A DNA stretch of 64,000 bases from the NCBI GenBank assembly GCA_044368655.1, contig JBIPPB010000001.1:154918-218917 (forward strand). Direction: 5' to 3'. Below are positions 39,034-48,673 of the stretch, piece after piece. Each line of letters opens with the position of its first letter. Within the stretch, counting starts at the first letter, position 1. The notes below the pieces were generated by a model. That model was not told the origin of the DNA and did not search any database. It worked only from the letters and a program-made list of their open reading frames with translations. This DNA is from Chitinophagales bacterium (GTDB taxonomy: Bacteria; Bacteroidota; Bacteroidia; Chitinophagales; JADJOU01). The position numbers and the translations under genes were made by a program.

Positions 39034-40905
39034 ATGAACAAAGGTAAAATTAACGTTCAGGTAGAAAACATCTTTCCACTTATTAAGAAATTTTTGTATT
39101 CCGATCACGAAATCTTTTTAAGAGAGCTCATCAGCAACGCTACGGATGCAACCTTAAAATTAAAACATTTGTGCCAAATCGGACAAGCTCAAGTAGAATA
39201 CGGAGCGCCGATGATCGAAGTAAAAATAAATAAAGAACAAAAAACGCTTCATATCATCGATCAAGGATTGGGAATGAGCCAAGAAGAAGTTGAAAAATAT
39301 ATCAATCAAGTGGCTTTTTCGGGTGCGGGCGAGTTTTTAGAAAAATATAAAGACAGTGCCAAAGATTCAGGCATTATCGGACATTTTGGCTTAGGATTTT
39401 ACAGCGCCTTTATGGTCGCGCATAAAGTGGAAATTATAACCAAAAGTTATACCGATGCGCCGGCTGCACATTGGACTTGTGATGGTAGCCCGGAGTTTAC
39501 CCTCGATGCCCATACCAAAACAGAACGAGGCACCGAAATTATCTTGCATATCGCCGAGGATAGCGAAACGTTCTTAGAAGAACATAAAATTAAGGAATTG
39601 TTGAATAAATACAACAAATTCATGCCGATTCCGATTAAATTTGGAACTAAAAAAGAAACCCTTCCTTTACCTGAAGATGCACCTAAAGATGCAAAACCGG
39701 AGGAAATCGAAGTCGATAATATCATAAATATAACTCAGCCCGCATGGACTAAAAAACCTAATGATTTAAAAGATGAAGACTATAAAGAATTTTACAGACA
39801 GCTATATCCAATGCAATGGGAAGAACCCTTATTTCACATACACCTCAACGTGGACTTTCCATTCAACCTTACCGGCATACTCTATTTCCCTAAACTCAGC
39901 CCAAATTTACAAATACAGAAAGACCGTATCCAACTTTTCCAAAATCAAGTTTATGTAACGGATAATGTTGAAGGTATTGTGCCGGAGTTTTTAACGATGC
40001 TTCGTGGGGTTATTGACAGTCCGGATATTCCATTAAATGTGTCTAGATCGTATTTACAAGCGGATGGAAACGTGAAGAAGATTTCGGAATACATTACCAA
40101 AAAAGTCGCTGAAAAACTTCAAAGCTTGATTAAAGACCAACGAGAAGATTTTGAGAAAAAATGGAATGATATCAAAATTGTGATTGAATATGGAATGCTT
40201 TCGGAGGCCAAGTTTTATGAAAAAGCGGTCGATTTTGCTTTATATCCAGATACCGAAGGTAAATTTTATTTACTTAAAGAGGTTATTGAGCAGATTAAGC
40301 CTATTCAAACCGATAAAAACAATAAAACCATTGTTCTTTATACTTCCGATCCGAGCGCGCAGCACAGTTATATCGCGAGTGCCAAAGAAAGAGGTTATTT
40401 GGTCTTACATTTAGACAGCCCAATTGTAGCGCACTTGATTCAAAAATTAGAATCCGAGAATGAAAACATTCAATTCACCAGAGTGGATGCCGACACTTTA
40501 GACCAATTGATTCAAAAAGAAGATACTCAAATTTCTAAATTATCCGATTCGGAAAAAGAAGCTTTAAAAGCCCTTTTTGAAGAAGTGATTCCAAAAGAAA
40601 ACTTTAGTGTGCAATTACAACCAATGGCTTCAGATGCCCAGCCTATTTGGATTACGCAGCCCGAATTTATGCGCCGTATGAAAGATATGCAAGCCACAGG
40701 TGGTGGCGGATTTATGGCCATGGGCGGATTTCCTGAAATGTATAATTTGGTCGTAAATGAGAATCATCCTTTGGCTACAAAAATCATGGAATCTAAAGAC
40801 AAAGATTTAATTAAACATGCGTTTGATTTGGCGCGATTATCTCAAAACCTTTTGAAAGGCGAAGCCCTTACGCAGTTTATCAATAGTAGTTATAATAAGT
40901 TGTAA
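39034..40905 (+). CDS. htpG: Molecular chaperone HtpG (Hsp90)
   Basis: LYSDHEIFLRELISNATDA, GQFGLGFYSAFMVA-type motif (GHFGLGFYSAFMVA) and full-length middle and C-terminal domains. Confidence 0.95.
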   Translation: MNKGKINVQVENIFPLIKKFLYSDHEIFLRELISNATDATLKLKHLCQIGQAQVEYGAPMIEVKINKEQKTLHIIDQGLGMSQEEVEKYINQVAFSGAGEFLEKYKDSAKDSGIIGHFGLGFYSAFMVAHKVEIITKSYTDAPAAHWTCDGSPEFTLDAHTKTERGTEIILHIAEDSETFLEEHKIKELLNKYNKFMPIPIKFGTKKETLPLPEDAPKDAKPEEIEVDNIINITQPAWTKKPNDLKDEDYKEFYRQLYPMQWEEPLFHIHLNVDFPFNLTGILYFPKLSPNLQIQKDRIQLFQNQVYVTDNVEGIVPEFLTMLRGVIDSPDIPLNVSRSYLQADGNVKKISEYITKKVAEKLQSLIKDQREDFEKKWNDIKIVIEYGMLSEAKFYEKAVDFALYPDTEGKFYLLKEVIEQIKPIQTDKNNKTIVLYTSDPSAQHSYIASAKERGYLVLHLDSPIVAHLIQKLESENENIQFTRVDADTLDQLIQKEDTQISKLSDSEKEALKALFEEVIPKENFSVQLQPMASDAQPIWITQPEFMRRMKDMQATGGGGFMAMGGFPEMYNLVVNENHPLATKIMESKDKDLIKHAFDLARLSQNLLKGEALTQFINSSYNKL

Positions 40906-40934
40906 GAATTTTACAATTTATTTCAAAATTTTAA

Positions 40935-40964
40935 AACGAGGGCTAAGGCTCTCGTTTTTTTTAT
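40935..40964 (+). terminator. Rho-independent terminator after htpG
   Basis: 9-bp stem AACGAGGGC / GCTCTCGTT (one G-U), TAAG tetraloop, then a T-run. Confidence 0.8.
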
Positions 40965-41057
40965 TTTTTATAAACTATATTTTACATCTTTCAATCTCAA
41001 AATACTAAAAAATAAAAGGAAATATCCAATTAATTATTTAAATATTTTGGGTAGTTT

Positions 41058-43004
41058 TTAGAATTTATACAATCTATCCAATCCTTCTAATAATCTATCG
41101 TTTGCTAAAAAATTATTTTCAAGGACTTCGGCAAAAGGAATGGGTGTATCCAAACTCGCAATTCGAATAATAGGTGCATCCAAATCAAAAAAACACGTTT
41201 CTTGAACCCGAGCTACAATTTCGCCTCCAATGCCACCGGTCAAGCTATCTTCATGCAATACTAAGAGTTTCCCCGTATTTTTAACACTTTCAAATATGGT
41301 TTCATAATCTAGCGGAGCAAGTGTTCTTAAGTCAATTAAATCCGCAGAAATATGTGGCCGTTTTTCTAAGGCATCCAATGCCCAATGCACGCCAAGTCCA
41401 TAGGTTACAATCGTAAGATCAAGCCCTTTGGTCACTTTTGCGGCTTTACCAAAAGGAATATTGTAATAGCCTTCGGCTACATTTCCCGAAAGACTTCGAT
41501 ATAATTTTTTATGTTCAAAAAATAAAACCGGATTCGGGTCTTCGATGGCAGCTAAAAGTAATCCTTTGGCATCTTCAGGATTGGATGGATATGCAATTTT
41601 GAGCCCTGGTGTATGAAAAAACCAAGCTTCATTACTTTGGCTATGAAAAGGTCCTGCCGCCACTCCCGCGCCTGTTGGCATTCTGAAAACCGCATTGACA
41701 TGCTGTCCCCACCGCCAATGCAATTTCGCTACATTATTGATTAATTGATTAAAGCCTTCCGTTACAAAATCGGCAAACTGAAACTCCATAATGGAGCGCA
41801 TGCCGTTGATACTCAATCCTTGAGCCGTTCCTACAATCGCCGCTTCACATAGAGGCGTATTTCGTACACGAGCTTTTCCGTACTTTTCATAAAAACCATC
41901 GGTTGCTTTAAAAACGCCGCCGTATTCTGCAATATCTTGCCCCATAATTACTAAATCGGGGTATCGTTCCATAGCAATATCCATCGCTTCGGAAATACTA
42001 TCTATAAATCGGAGTGCACGTTCGCTGGCTTTAGGTTCCACGATTTCTAATTCAAAAGGCGAATAAACATCTTTTAACTCCGCTTCGGTATTGGGAGTAA
42101 TTTCGGGTTTTACAATCGTTTGATCTAATGCTTTATCAATCTCAATTTTAATTTTATTCTTGATAGCTTCAAGATCTTCTTTCTTAAGAATTTGATTGGA
42201 TTCTAAATAGGTTTCATACCATAAAATAGGATCTTTTTTTGACCATTCTTCTTGAAGTCCTTCGGGATAATATTTGGTACCGCTCGCTTCTTCGTGGCCA
42301 CGCATTCTAAACGTAATTGCTTCGATCAAATAAGGCTTCGGGTGTTCCGAAATTTCTTTTTTGACCTTTGATATCGTTTCAAGGACTTCTATAATATTAT
42401 TTCCATCAATCTGAACACCTTCGATGCCATATCCAATACATTTGTCAATAAATTGTTTGCATTTAAACTGTTCGGTCGATGGCGTGCTTAGTCCCCATTG
42501 GTTGTTTTCAATAACGAAAATGACAGGTAAATTCCATACGGCGGCCACATTGATTGCTTCGTGAAAATCGCCTTGACTGGCGCCACCGTCGCCACTAAAA
42601 ACCAAACAAACTTGTTTATTTTTTTTGAGCAAATTGCCTAATGCAATGCCATCCGCAACGCCAAGCTGACTGCCCAAATGCGAAATCATCCCTACAATCT
42701 TATAATCTTGAGTCCCAAAATGAAACGAACGGTCTCTTCCTTTTGTAAATCCGTCCATTTTTCCTTGAAATTGTGAAAACAAGGTTTCAAAAGGAATATT
42801 TCTTGTTGTAAACACACCTAAATTTCGGTGCATGGGCAAAATATATTCTTCCGAATCCAACGCTAATGTACATCCTACGGAAATGGCTTCTTGACCCCAA
42901 CTGCTAAACCATTTACTTATTTTTCCTTGTCGAAGGGCAATAAGCATTTTTTCTTCTATCAGTCGAGGCGTAACAAGTTTTTTATAGATTTCTAAATGAT
43001 TCAT
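41058..43004 (-). CDS. Fused alpha-keto acid dehydrogenase E1 component (alpha + beta, TPP-dependent)
   Basis: 648 aa. The N-terminal half carries the TPP motif GDGGASQGDFHEAINVAAVWNLPVIFVIENN. The C-terminal half is transketolase-like beta (RNTPLCEAAIVGTAQG). Confidence 0.85.
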   Translation of the reverse strand: MNHLEIYKKLVTPRLIEEKMLIALRQGKISKWFSSWGQEAISVGCTLALDSEEYILPMHRNLGVFTTRNIPFETLFSQFQGKMDGFTKGRDRSFHFGTQDYKIVGMISHLGSQLGVADGIALGNLLKKNKQVCLVFSGDGGASQGDFHEAINVAAVWNLPVIFVIENNQWGLSTPSTEQFKCKQFIDKCIGYGIEGVQIDGNNIIEVLETISKVKKEISEHPKPYLIEAITFRMRGHEEASGTKYYPEGLQEEWSKKDPILWYETYLESNQILKKEDLEAIKNKIKIEIDKALDQTIVKPEITPNTEAELKDVYSPFELEIVEPKASERALRFIDSISEAMDIAMERYPDLVIMGQDIAEYGGVFKATDGFYEKYGKARVRNTPLCEAAIVGTAQGLSINGMRSIMEFQFADFVTEGFNQLINNVAKLHWRWGQHVNAVFRMPTGAGVAAGPFHSQSNEAWFFHTPGLKIAYPSNPEDAKGLLLAAIEDPNPVLFFEHKKLYRSLSGNVAEGYYNIPFGKAAKVTKGLDLTIVTYGLGVHWALDALEKRPHISADLIDLRTLAPLDYETIFESVKNTGKLLVLHEDSLTGGIGGEIVARVQETCFFDLDAPIIRIASLDTPIPFAEVLENNFLANDRLLEGLDRLYKF

Positions 43005-43015
43005 GGTGGCTTAAT

Positions 43016-44545
43016 TTAGGATATCAATTGATTCCAAGACGTTTTTTGTGATATCAAAGCATGAACTTGATCGATAGGCATACGCTCTTGAAGCATCGTA
43101 TCACGATAACGAATGGTACAGGTATCATCTTCAAGCGATTGATGGTCAATCGTAATACAAAACGGCGTTCCTAAAGCATCCTGACGACGGTATCGTTTGC
43201 CGATACTGTCTTTTTCGTCATATTGAGTATAAAAATCCATTTTTAGTGCATTAAATAAGGTTTTTGCTTTTTCAGGCAGTCCGTCTTTTTTTACTAAAGG
43301 AAGAATCGCCACTTTATTCGGCGCAAGTGTAGGATGAATTTTCAGAACCACGCGCTCTTCACCGTTTTCTAATTTTTCTTTTTGAAAAGCACTGCTTAAA
43401 ATTGCTAAAAAAGTCCTAGAAACACCAATGGAAGTTTCTACTACGTAAGGAATATAACTTTGATTCAATTCAGGATCAAAATATTGTAATTTTTTCCCAC
43501 TTAACTCTTGGTGTTGCTTTAAGTCAAAATCCGTACGGCTATGAATACCTTCTAATTCTTTAAATCCAAAAGGAAATTCAAATTCGATATCAGTGGCCGC
43601 ATTGGCATAATGTGCGGTTTTGAGGTGGTCGTGAAATTTGTATTTTGCGGCATCAATACCTAGTTTTTGATGCCATTGGATTCGTGTTTCTTTCCAATAT
43701 TCATACCATTTCATTTCTTCGCCGGGTCTTACAAAAAATTGCATTTCCATTTGTTCAAACTCCCGCATTCTGAATATAAATTGTCGCGCCACGATTTCAT
43801 TTCGAAACGCCTTTCCAATTTGTGCTATTCCAAAAGGAATGCGCTGACGGCTCGTATTAAGTACGTTTAGGAAATTTACGAAAATGCCTTGCGCGGTTTC
43901 AGGTCTTAGGTAAATGGTATCTGAATCTTCGGCTACCGAACCCATCTGAGTCGAAAACATAAGGTTAAACTGTCTTACATCGGTCCAATTTCGGCTTCCG
44001 CTTATTGGGCAAACAATCTCGCAATCTTCAATGATTTTTTTGATTTCGTCTAATTGATTTTCTTCCAATGCTTTTTTAAATCGTCCATTTATCTGATCGA
44101 TTTTGGTTTGATACTCTAAAACTCTTGGATTGGTGCTTCGATACATTTCCGCATCAAAAGTTTCACCAAATCGTTTTGCCGCTTTTTCAATTTCTTTTTT
44201 GATTTTATCTTCAATTTTGGCTACGTGTTCTTCAATCAAAACATCCGCGCGGTATCTTTTTTTACTGTCTTTATTGTCGATTAATGGATCGTTAAACGCA
44301 TCGACGTGGCCGCTGGCTTTCCAAACTTTGGGGTGCATAAATATGGAACTATCAATGCCTACAATGTTTTCATGCATCTGCACCATGCTTTTCCACCAAT
44401 ATTCTTTGATATTATTGACAAGCAAAACGCCATTTTGCCCATAATCATAAACCGCGCCCAGTCCATCATATATTTCGCTACTCGGAAATATAAAACCATA
44501 TTCTTTTGAATGTGAAATAATATTTTTAAATAAATCGTCACTCAT
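43016..44545 (-). CDS. glyQS: Glycine--tRNA ligase (dimeric class II GlyQS type)
   Basis: EYGFIFPSSEIYDGLGAVYDYG, LRPETAQG and FRNEI motifs. ATG at 44545 (tracked 44563 is TTG). Confidence 0.93.
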   Translation of the reverse strand: MSDDLFKNIISHSKEYGFIFPSSEIYDGLGAVYDYGQNGVLLVNNIKEYWWKSMVQMHENIVGIDSSIFMHPKVWKASGHVDAFNDPLIDNKDSKKRYRADVLIEEHVAKIEDKIKKEIEKAAKRFGETFDAEMYRSTNPRVLEYQTKIDQINGRFKKALEENQLDEIKKIIEDCEIVCPISGSRNWTDVRQFNLMFSTQMGSVAEDSDTIYLRPETAQGIFVNFLNVLNTSRQRIPFGIAQIGKAFRNEIVARQFIFRMREFEQMEMQFFVRPGEEMKWYEYWKETRIQWHQKLGIDAAKYKFHDHLKTAHYANAATDIEFEFPFGFKELEGIHSRTDFDLKQHQELSGKKLQYFDPELNQSYIPYVVETSIGVSRTFLAILSSAFQKEKLENGEERVVLKIHPTLAPNKVAILPLVKKDGLPEKAKTLFNALKMDFYTQYDEKDSIGKRYRRQDALGTPFCITIDHQSLEDDTCTIRYRDTMLQERMPIDQVHALISQKTSWNQLIS

Positions 44546-44657
44546 AACTCTGTTTTTAATCAAGCTACAAAAGTAATCAAAAATATTTCTTTGATAGTAA
44601 AATCAATGGACGAAGTTAATATAAAAATTGGGTTTTATTTAGAATGTTTTTTTAGAA

Positions 44658-44675
44658 TTTTGGGCATGCCCAAAA
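44658..44675 (-). other. Perfect 18-nt palindrome TTTTGGGCATGCCCAAAA just downstream of the toxin gene (possible terminator or recombination scar)
   Basis: Read directly. Lies 8 nt past the toxin stop. No strong T-run follows on the minus strand, so terminator function is uncertain. Confidence 0.35.
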
Positions 44676-44682
44676 GGTAGGG

Positions 44683-44979
44683 TTATTCTATTTTGTCTCT
44701 TTTAAAATCACGGGCACCATGATAAATGGAAAGAATGTAAATATCTGCCCCTACTATTTTGTACATTATTCTATAATTCCATTGGAATATTTCTCTATAA
44801 TTTTCAATATTAATTTCGGGGATTATTCTACCTATTTTAGGGTATTTCTTAACAATTTTCACTTTTTTTCGGATAGCTCCTACTACATTTTTAGCATAGA
44901 ATTTACTATCTTTTGCTATAAAATCATAAATTTCATTGATATCATTTAAAGCAATTTCAGTCCAATTTAATCGAACCAT
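44683..44979 (-). CDS. Type II toxin, ParE/RelE superfamily
   Basis: 98 aa. The layout WTEIALNDINEIYDFIAKDS...YREIFQWNYRIMYKI...ILSIYHGARD is typical of plasmid-stabilisation ParE/RelE toxins. Overlaps the upstream small ORF by 13 nt. Confidence 0.75.
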   Translation of the reverse strand: MVRLNWTEIALNDINEIYDFIAKDSKFYAKNVVGAIRKKVKIVKKYPKIGRIIPEINIENYREIFQWNYRIMYKIVGADIYILSIYHGARDFKRDKIE

Positions 44980-45149
44980 TCATCCATCTTTTTATCGGCT
45001 TCTTCTTCAGAAAGAACTTGATTATTTAATATTTGAAGATCGGCGTCTGAAATTTTATTTATAAGTACTAGTTTTTCTAATAAATCATCTAACTCTAACT
45101 CATCGTCAAAGGTTTCTATGGTTTCTAAAACTTTACTTTTTAACAACAT
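44967..45149 (-). CDS. Putative cognate antitoxin (small acidic protein)
   Basis: 60 aa, acidic, with a C-terminal ...EEEADKKMDEWFD ending like the Bacteroidota addiction-module partners of ParE/RelE toxins. Position and overlap fit a TA operon. Confidence 0.5.
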   Translation of the reverse strand: MLLKSKVLETIETFDDELELDDLLEKLVLINKISDADLQILNNQVLSEEEADKKMDEWFD

Positions 45150-45574
45150 ATTTTTAATTTATAAAATATTAGATCTATGACGTATTCCTTGGGTTATGTT
45201 TATAAATGCAAAAATAATCATTATTTTTATAATTCTCAGATTTATTTTAGAATTTTTGTAGATGCGCTAAAAGATCGGTCTATTTGCTATTTCAACGCAC
45301 GCAAACAGCTAAAATCCTATATTTTCGGTTCGTGAGGACAAGAGTCAAGTCGGTGGAAAAAAGTTTTTTAAGGATGGATTTATGTCTTTTAATACGTCAC
45401 AAGTAACGCTTGTATTTCACAAATTTTCGTGCATTCGATGATATGTCAACTATAAAAAATAAAAAAATAAAATATACCGATTCATCTTTTATATACGCTT
45501 CATCCTTTTTTTTTTATTTTTGTGAAGGATATCAAAATGAAATACCATATCCAACATCATCTAAAACACATCAA

Positions 45575-46555
45575 ATGAGGCTTTTAATTATTTTTTTTAG
45601 TAGTATTTTTTTTATACAATCATGTCAATTTTTCGAAAATAAAGAAACTGCCGATACGACAAGCGAAGCGACATTAAAAAACCTACCAAAATTTAATAAA
45701 GACTTGGCCTATCAGTATATCGAAAAACAAATTTCTTTTGGTCCAAGGGTTCCAAGTAGTTCGGGGCATCAAAATTGTGCTGCATGGATTCTTTCTATTT
45801 TAAAAGAAGGAACCGATACTGCCTATTTTCAAGAATTTGAAACCACTACGTATGACCAAAAAAAGCACAAAGGAAAAAATATAATTGCTAAAATTAATCC
45901 TTCCAATCCCGTGCGCATAATGCTCAGCGCCCATTGGGACACAAGACCTGTAGCCGATCAAGATCCCAACGATCCTAAAAAGCCCATCTTGGGAGCGAAT
46001 GACGGTGGAAGTGGAGTTGGTGTTATTTTAGCCTTATTAGAATCGTTTAAACAAAAAAAACCGGACATTGGTATTGATATCGTTTTATTTGATATTGAAG
46101 ATTATGGACAACCCGAAAATAGTGGATTTCCCGAAATGCAAGACAGTTATTGCTTGGGTTCGCAGTATTGGTCTAAAAATAAAACCAACGATTTCCCGAT
46201 TCGATATGGCGTATTATTAGATATGGTGGGCGGTTTTAATGCTACATTTTATAAAGAAGGCACGAGTATGATGTTTGCACCCAATTTAGTGCATCGGATT
46301 TGGGGTATCGCATCGGATTTGGGATACAGTTCTTATTTTAAATCGCAAGTAGGGCCCGCCATAACCGATGATCATTCGTATGTAAACAGCATAGGTCAAA
46401 TTCCGATGATTGATATTATTCACTTAAATAAAGAAGGTACATCCGCTTTTGCGCATTATTGGCACACCCACAAAGATGATATGAGCTCGGTAGATAAAAA
46501 TGCATTAGATGCCGTGGGAAATGTACTTATTTATTGGATTTATGATGAAAATTAA
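45575..46555 (+). CDS. Lipoprotein M28-fold enzyme, glutaminyl cyclase-like (mammalian-type QC of Bacteroidota)
   Basis: Lipobox FFIQSC. SAHWDTRPVADQDP and GANDGGSGVGVILAL closely resemble the metal-site segments of Bacteroidota glutaminyl cyclases. I prefer the ATG at 45575 over the tracked 45410. Confidence 0.7.
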   Translation: MRLLIIFFSSIFFIQSCQFFENKETADTTSEATLKNLPKFNKDLAYQYIEKQISFGPRVPSSSGHQNCAAWILSILKEGTDTAYFQEFETTTYDQKKHKGKNIIAKINPSNPVRIMLSAHWDTRPVADQDPNDPKKPILGANDGGSGVGVILALLESFKQKKPDIGIDIVLFDIEDYGQPENSGFPEMQDSYCLGSQYWSKNKTNDFPIRYGVLLDMVGGFNATFYKEGTSMMFAPNLVHRIWGIASDLGYSSYFKSQVGPAITDDHSYVNSIGQIPMIDIIHLNKEGTSAFAHYWHTHKDDMSSVDKNALDAVGNVLIYWIYDEN

Positions 46556-46603
46556 AAAAAACGTACATTTTAACTCTATTTGTAAATGAAAACAAACTAA
46601 AAT

Positions 46604-47236
46604 ATGAAAAATTTCTTACTTATTTATGTATTATTTTTTTTTCAAATTGTAATTTATGGTCAAAAAATTGCAATTATAAAAGAAACGAATGAAGAAGTTG
46701 TTCTAAACGATGATGGAACTTGGAATTATTTATTAGGAAAGCCAGAAAAATTAGAAAATAAAGATACGTTATTATATTTAAAGCCTAAATTGGCTAATTA
46801 TTTATTAAAAAGCGAACGAATAAAATATGGCGTTTGGATAAATGATAAAGAATGGACGTTTTCTAAAAGTAAAGATGAGATGAGTCCTGTGGAGTATAAT
46901 TTTAGGCTTAAAGGTCAGGATGCTTATGGAATGATAATTTCGGAAAGAATAGAAACATCCATGGAATCTTTACTAGAAGTTGCGTTTCAGAACGCTCAAA
47001 GTATTGCTTCGGACGCCAAAATAGTAAATAAAGAAGTACGTAAAGTTAATGGCTCAATAATTCATTTCGTAGAGATGCATTGTACGATTCAAGGCATAAA
47101 ATTTATATATTTTGGGTATTATTTTACCAATGAAAATGGCACGATTCAATTTTTAGCGTTCACTTCGGATAAGTTATTAGAACGATATAAAAAGAAAATG
47201 GAAAATTTGATTAACGGTCTAGTAATTACAAAATAA
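46604..47236 (+). CDS. Hypothetical exported protein
   Basis: Signal peptide VIYG|QK. No recognised domain. Confidence 0.5.
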   Translation: MKNFLLIYVLFFFQIVIYGQKIAIIKETNEEVVLNDDGTWNYLLGKPEKLENKDTLLYLKPKLANYLLKSERIKYGVWINDKEWTFSKSKDEMSPVEYNFRLKGQDAYGMIISERIETSMESLLEVAFQNAQSIASDAKIVNKEVRKVNGSIIHFVEMHCTIQGIKFIYFGYYFTNENGTIQFLAFTSDKLLERYKKKMENLINGLVITK

Positions 47237-47380
47237 TTAAGCGTTTGATTTCTAATACCGTAAAAAATTATTAAGTAGTCTAATTTTCGCTGCACTCAAT
47301 TGAACTACGAATAATTAGTAACGGCATTTATTACAATTGTTATAACTATTGAATAATTATAAAGGAAGCCTTTATAGACC

Positions 47381-47701
47381 TTACTGAATTACTTCAATAA
47401 TCTTGCCGAGTTGTTCTTGCGATAACTGAATGGTAATGGTGGCGTTTGGACTGTAATTAGCTAAAATGTTTTTATTATTAGTTTGAGTTATAACCGCAGA
47501 ATGGGTAATCGTTCCAAAATCCGAACCTAATTTTTGTGCAATGTCTTCAATTTCGTTTAAAGTAAGCGGTACTTCCCCCGATTCTCTTCGAAGCCACGCA
47601 CTTCTCGATTTACCAATAAGTTCAGAAAAGTCATTGATATTCAGTTTCTTTTCTTTGTAGAGTTCTTTGATTTTGTTGAGTGCATATGTATTTCGATCCA
47701 T
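47381..47701 (-). CDS. XRE-family helix-turn-helix transcriptional regulator
   Basis: The N-terminal segment LNINDFSELIGKSRSAWLRRESGEVPLTLNEIEDIAQKLG fits the Cro/C1 HTH pattern. Confidence 0.7.
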   Translation of the reverse strand: MDRNTYALNKIKELYKEKKLNINDFSELIGKSRSAWLRRESGEVPLTLNEIEDIAQKLGSDFGTITHSAVITQTNNKNILANYSPNATITIQLSQEQLGKIIEVIQ

Positions 47702-47755
47702 AATTTTTTTCTTTAACGCAAAGATAATAATATTCCGATAAATGGACGAAATTTG

Positions 47756-47801
47756 TTTGGAAATAGGAATTTTTGTTTTTTGGGAAGGAATTATTTTTGT
47801 T
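47756..47801 (+). promoter_or_regulatory. Tandem imperfect ~22-bp repeats containing a TATTTTTG -7-type box, in the XRE/orphan-cassette divergent spacer
   Basis: TTTGGAAATAGGAATTTTTGTT (47756-47777) and TTTGGGAAGGAATTATTTTTGTT (47779-47801). AGGAATT cores are 21 bp apart. The TAnnTTTG match at 47792-47799 lies 31 nt before the ATG at 47831. The sequence is T-rich, so statistical support is modest. Confidence 0.3.
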
Positions 47802-47830
47802 GCTTATTACAAAATAAAACTATAAATTTT

Positions 47831-48343
47831 ATGAAAAAGATTTTACTATCATTTTTTATTATTTTATTAAATACATTTGTTGGTGCACAATCTAAATTAG
47901 TAACAAAATGGAATCCATATACAAAATCTTATGAAACAACATATCATGAAGATATTTATGAAAAAAGACAAAGAGAAATAGAAGAAGAGGAAAATGAAGA
48001 AAAAAGAAGACGTCAGAAATCTTATGAAGAGTCTGAAAAAAGTTATAATGAAACATTAAATAATTATATATATTCGAGAAATCGAATATATGAAAAAACT
48101 CAAAAGAGAGTTGAAGTAATGAATAATCTACATGAAAACATAAAATATTTATTTGATAGGATTTTGAAGTGCAATGATTTAAATGTAACACGAGAGTCCT
48201 TTTTAAAGAATTTAAAAACATTTACAGAGGCTCAAAATATTATGGAAGATATAAGATATACAAGTAATGAAAATTTCGTTAATATTTACGAATACACAAA
48301 AAAATTTTTAGAGTATATGAAAGATATAAAATGTAAAGATTAA
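47831..48343 (+). CDS. Hypothetical secreted, highly charged helical protein
   Basis: Signal peptide FVGA|QS from the ATG at 47831 (tracked 47753 start is unlikely). Contains a Glu/Lys/Arg-rich coiled-coil-like segment. Very AT-rich gene. Confidence 0.5.
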   Translation: MKKILLSFFIILLNTFVGAQSKLVTKWNPYTKSYETTYHEDIYEKRQREIEEEENEEKRRRQKSYEESEKSYNETLNNYIYSRNRIYEKTQKRVEVMNNLHENIKYLFDRILKCNDLNVTRESFLKNLKTFTEAQNIMEDIRYTSNENFVNIYEYTKKFLEYMKDIKCKD

Positions 48344-48349
48344 GCATAT

Positions 48350-48613
48350 ATGACCAATTTATTAAAACTATATTCAAAAGATAGCAATGAGTTTTTATTT
48401 TATCAATATATTAACGAAAAAATAGTTATATCTAAAGGTGATATAATTGAATATACTAAAGGGTATTTTGAACTTCTAAATAAAGAAAATCAATTAGAGT
48501 TTGTTTCATTAGGATTAACTATTGGAAAATATATTTGTATAAATCTTTGGATTGAAGAAAACGAAACATTAGGTGAAATTCAACAAATATTTTTAAAGCC
48601 GATTATTGAATAA
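48350..48613 (+). CDS. Hypothetical small cytoplasmic protein (87 aa)
   Basis: Starts 6 nt after the previous gene. No signal peptide and no recognised domain. Confidence 0.4.
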   Translation: MTNLLKLYSKDSNEFLFYQYINEKIVISKGDIIEYTKGYFELLNKENQLEFVSLGLTIGKYICINLWIEENETLGEIQQIFLKPIIE

Positions 48614-48673
48614 ATTTAACCCTTGTTAATTTTATAAATTTTTTTAAGCCTTTTAATTTAAGAGACGTTAATT

